The notes under the pieces are model-generated. The model had not been told where the DNA came from, ran no database searches, and saw nothing but the letters and a program-made list of their open reading frames with translations. The position numbers and the translations under genes were made by a program. Below are positions 61,561-64,000 of a stretch of 64,000 nt of DNA, in pieces (position 1 is the stretch's first letter; every line of letters starts with the position of its first letter). This DNA is from the human T2T-CHM13v2.0 reference genome, Homo sapiens: assembly GCF_009914755.1 (NCBI RefSeq), contig NC_060941.1. One strand, given 5' to 3'.

Positions 61561-63377
61561 CCCAGGCGCACACCCAGAACCTGACCCGCACCCAGAACCA
61601 GGCGCACACCCAGAACCTGGCCCGCACCCAGAACCAGGCGCACACCCGGAACCTGACCCACACCCAGAACCAGGCGCACACCCAGAACCTGGCGCACACC
61701 CGGAACCAGGAGCACACCCAGAACCTGGCGCACACCCAGAACCAGGCACACACCCAGAACAAGGCCCACACCCAGAACCTGGCGCACATCGAGAACCAGG
61801 TGCACACTCAGAACCTGACCCGCACCCAGAACCAGGCGCACACCCAGAACCAGGCGCACACCCAGAACCTGGCACACACCCAGAATGTGACCCCCACCCA
61901 GAACCAGGCACACACTCAGAACCTGGTGCACACCCAGAACCTGACCCACACCCAGAACCAGGCGCACACCCAGAACCAGGCGCACACCCAGAACCTGACC
62001 CACACCCAGAACCAGGTGCACACCCAGAACCTGACCCGCACCTAGAACCAGGCGCACACCCAGAACCAGGCGCACACCCAGAACCAGGCGCACACTCAGA
62101 ACCTGACCCGCACCCAGAACCAGGCGCACACCCAGAACCTGGTGCACACCCAGAACCAGGTGCACACTCAGAACCTGACCCGCACCCAGAACCAGGCGCA
62201 CACCCAGAACCTGGTGCACACCCAGAACCAGGCGCACACCCAGAACCAGGCGCACACCCAGAACCTGACCCGCACCTAGAACCAGGCACACACCCAGAAC
62301 CAGGCGCACACCCAGAACCTGGCACACACCCAGAACCTGACCCGCACCCAGAACCAGGCGCACACTCAGAACCTGGTGCACATCCAGAACCTGACCCACA
62401 CCCAGAACCAGGCGCACACTCAGAACCTGACCCGCACCCAGAACCAGGCGCACACCCAGAACCTGGTGCACACCCAGAACCAGGAGCACACCCAGAACCA
62501 GGCGCACACCCAGAACCTGACCCGCACCTAGAACCAGGCACACACTCAGAACCAGGCGCACACCTAGAACCTGGCACACACCCAGAACCTGACCCGCACC
62601 CAGAACCAGGCGCACACTCAGAACCTGGTGCACACCCAGAACCTGACCCACACCCAGAACCAGGCGCACACTCAGAACCTGACCCGCACCCAGAACCAGG
62701 CGCACACCCAGAACCTGGTGCACACCCAGAACCTGACCCACACCCAGAACCTGACCCGCACCCAGAACCAGGCGCACACCCAGAACCAGGCGCACACCCA
62801 GAACCTGACCTGCACCTAGAACCAGGCACACACCCAGAACCAGGCACACACCCAGAACCTGGCACACACCCAGAACCTGGCGCACACCCAGAACCTGACC
62901 CGCACCCAGAACCAGGCGCACACTCAGAACCTGGTGCACACCCAGAACCTGACCCACACCCAGAACCAGGCGCACACCCAGAACCTGACCCGCACCTAGA
63001 ACCAGGCGCACACCCAGAACCAGGCGCACACCCAGAACCAGGCGCACATCCAGAACCTGACCCACACCCAGAACCTGGCACACACCCAGAACCTGGCACA
63101 CACCCAGAACCTGACCCGCACCCAGAACCAGGCGCATACCCAGAACCTGACCCGCACCCAGAACCAGATGCACACCCAGAACCAGGTGCACACCCAGAAC
63201 CTGGCACACACCCAGAACCTGGCACACACCCAGAACCTGACCCACACCCAGAACCTGGCGCACCCCCAGAATCTGACCCACATCCAGAACCTGGTGCACC
63301 CCCAGAATCTGACCCACATCCAGAACCTGGCGCACACCCAGAACCAGGTGCACACCCAGAACCTGACCCACACTCAG
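61561..63377. repeat. 18-bp VNTR, about 100 copies (minus-strand consensus GGTTCTGGGTGTGCGCCT)
   Basis: Exact 18-bp register; marker variants recur at multiples of 18. Confidence 0.98.
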
Positions 63378-63404
63378 GCCATGGCCTCCACTTCCCGGAC
63401 TCAC

Positions 63405-63618
63405 TTTCGGGTCGGCCCAGCTCTGCACGGAGCCTGTTCCCCATCTCGATGAGCTGCTCTTTCTCCAGGCGGAGGCTGATGATTTTTCTGGCTGCCTCCT
63501 TCAGCTTTCTCTGGAGTCGGTGCATAGATAAGGTCTGGGGGGCACGTGCCACTGACCGGAGGTGCAGGAAAAGCTCCCCCTGGTCCTCGGCCTCCATAGG
63601 CCCTCTCTTGGTGAGGCC
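63405..63618 (-). CDS. CCDC57: CCDC57 coding exon (coiled-coil)
   Basis: GLTKRGPMEAEDQGELFL...RLQRKLKEAARKIISLRLEKEQLIEMGNRLRAELGRPE; acceptor AG 63620-63619, donor GTGAGT at 63404; 214 nt. Confidence 0.9.
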
Positions 63619-64000
63619 CTGTAACAAAACTCACAGGCAGACACCCCTGTGAGGCTGCCCTCATGGGAGGACGCCAGGGGTGCCCACCCAAGGAGCCTCT
63701 TCACCTGCTCTTCCAGGGTGGGCACTGCTGGCTGTCACTGGGTGACATCCTTCCAAAAGAAAGACAAAAAGAGTCGCTGCTCCCAGTGCTTCAGTGGGTT
63801 CCTTCTCTTCCACAAATAGAATAAAGGCCCACAGATCTCCCAGGCCAGGGTGGCCCCCAGATCTCCCAGGCCCTCACAGCCCTCCGCCTCCTCCCCGCCA
63901 TCCCTGCCTTCTGGTCATCTATGCCTTTGTGTCTTTCAAGTGAACACAAGGAGAATCTGAGGACACCCAACCAGCACAGCAGCTCCCCAGGGAGAGCAGA

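Noticed and set aside
61383-63428. 681-aa (VLGVRL)n ORF as an independent gene
   Set aside because: Alternative frame of the VNTR, out of frame with CCDC57; open by composition only

Overview
Human genomic DNA, recognisable as 17q25.3. Both protein-coding genes are on the minus strand. (1) The 5' part of FASN: CpG-island promoter at ~8.5-10.6 kb, non-coding exon 1, and coding exons 2-15 running off the window start, covering the ketoacyl synthase (KS) and most of the malonyl/acetyl transferase (MAT) domains. (2) The 3' end of CCDC57: its last five coding exons lie between 63618 and ~12620, ending about 3.2 kb upstream of the FASN start. All exon junctions were checked by hand for GT-AG and reading-frame phase. 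FASN intron 11 contains a C/D-box snoRNA-like element (probably SNORD134), and a retroposed U13 snoRNA copy sits at 52.9 kb. The CCDC57 introns are Alu-dense and also carry old L1/ERV fragments, a 2.9 kb GGAT/GGGT array and a ~100-copy 18-bp VNTR. The most unusual observations are: the VNTR stays open and in frame with the adjacent CCDC57 exon for ~637 codons; a 58-bp non-Alu inverted repeat; a duplicated FASN exon 10 acceptor whose extra copy has lost its AG; and a candidate 45-nt poison exon. Almost all ORFs in the supplied track are GC-rich, Alu or simple-repeat artefacts. I see no convincing wholly new biological system, only testable hypotheses.
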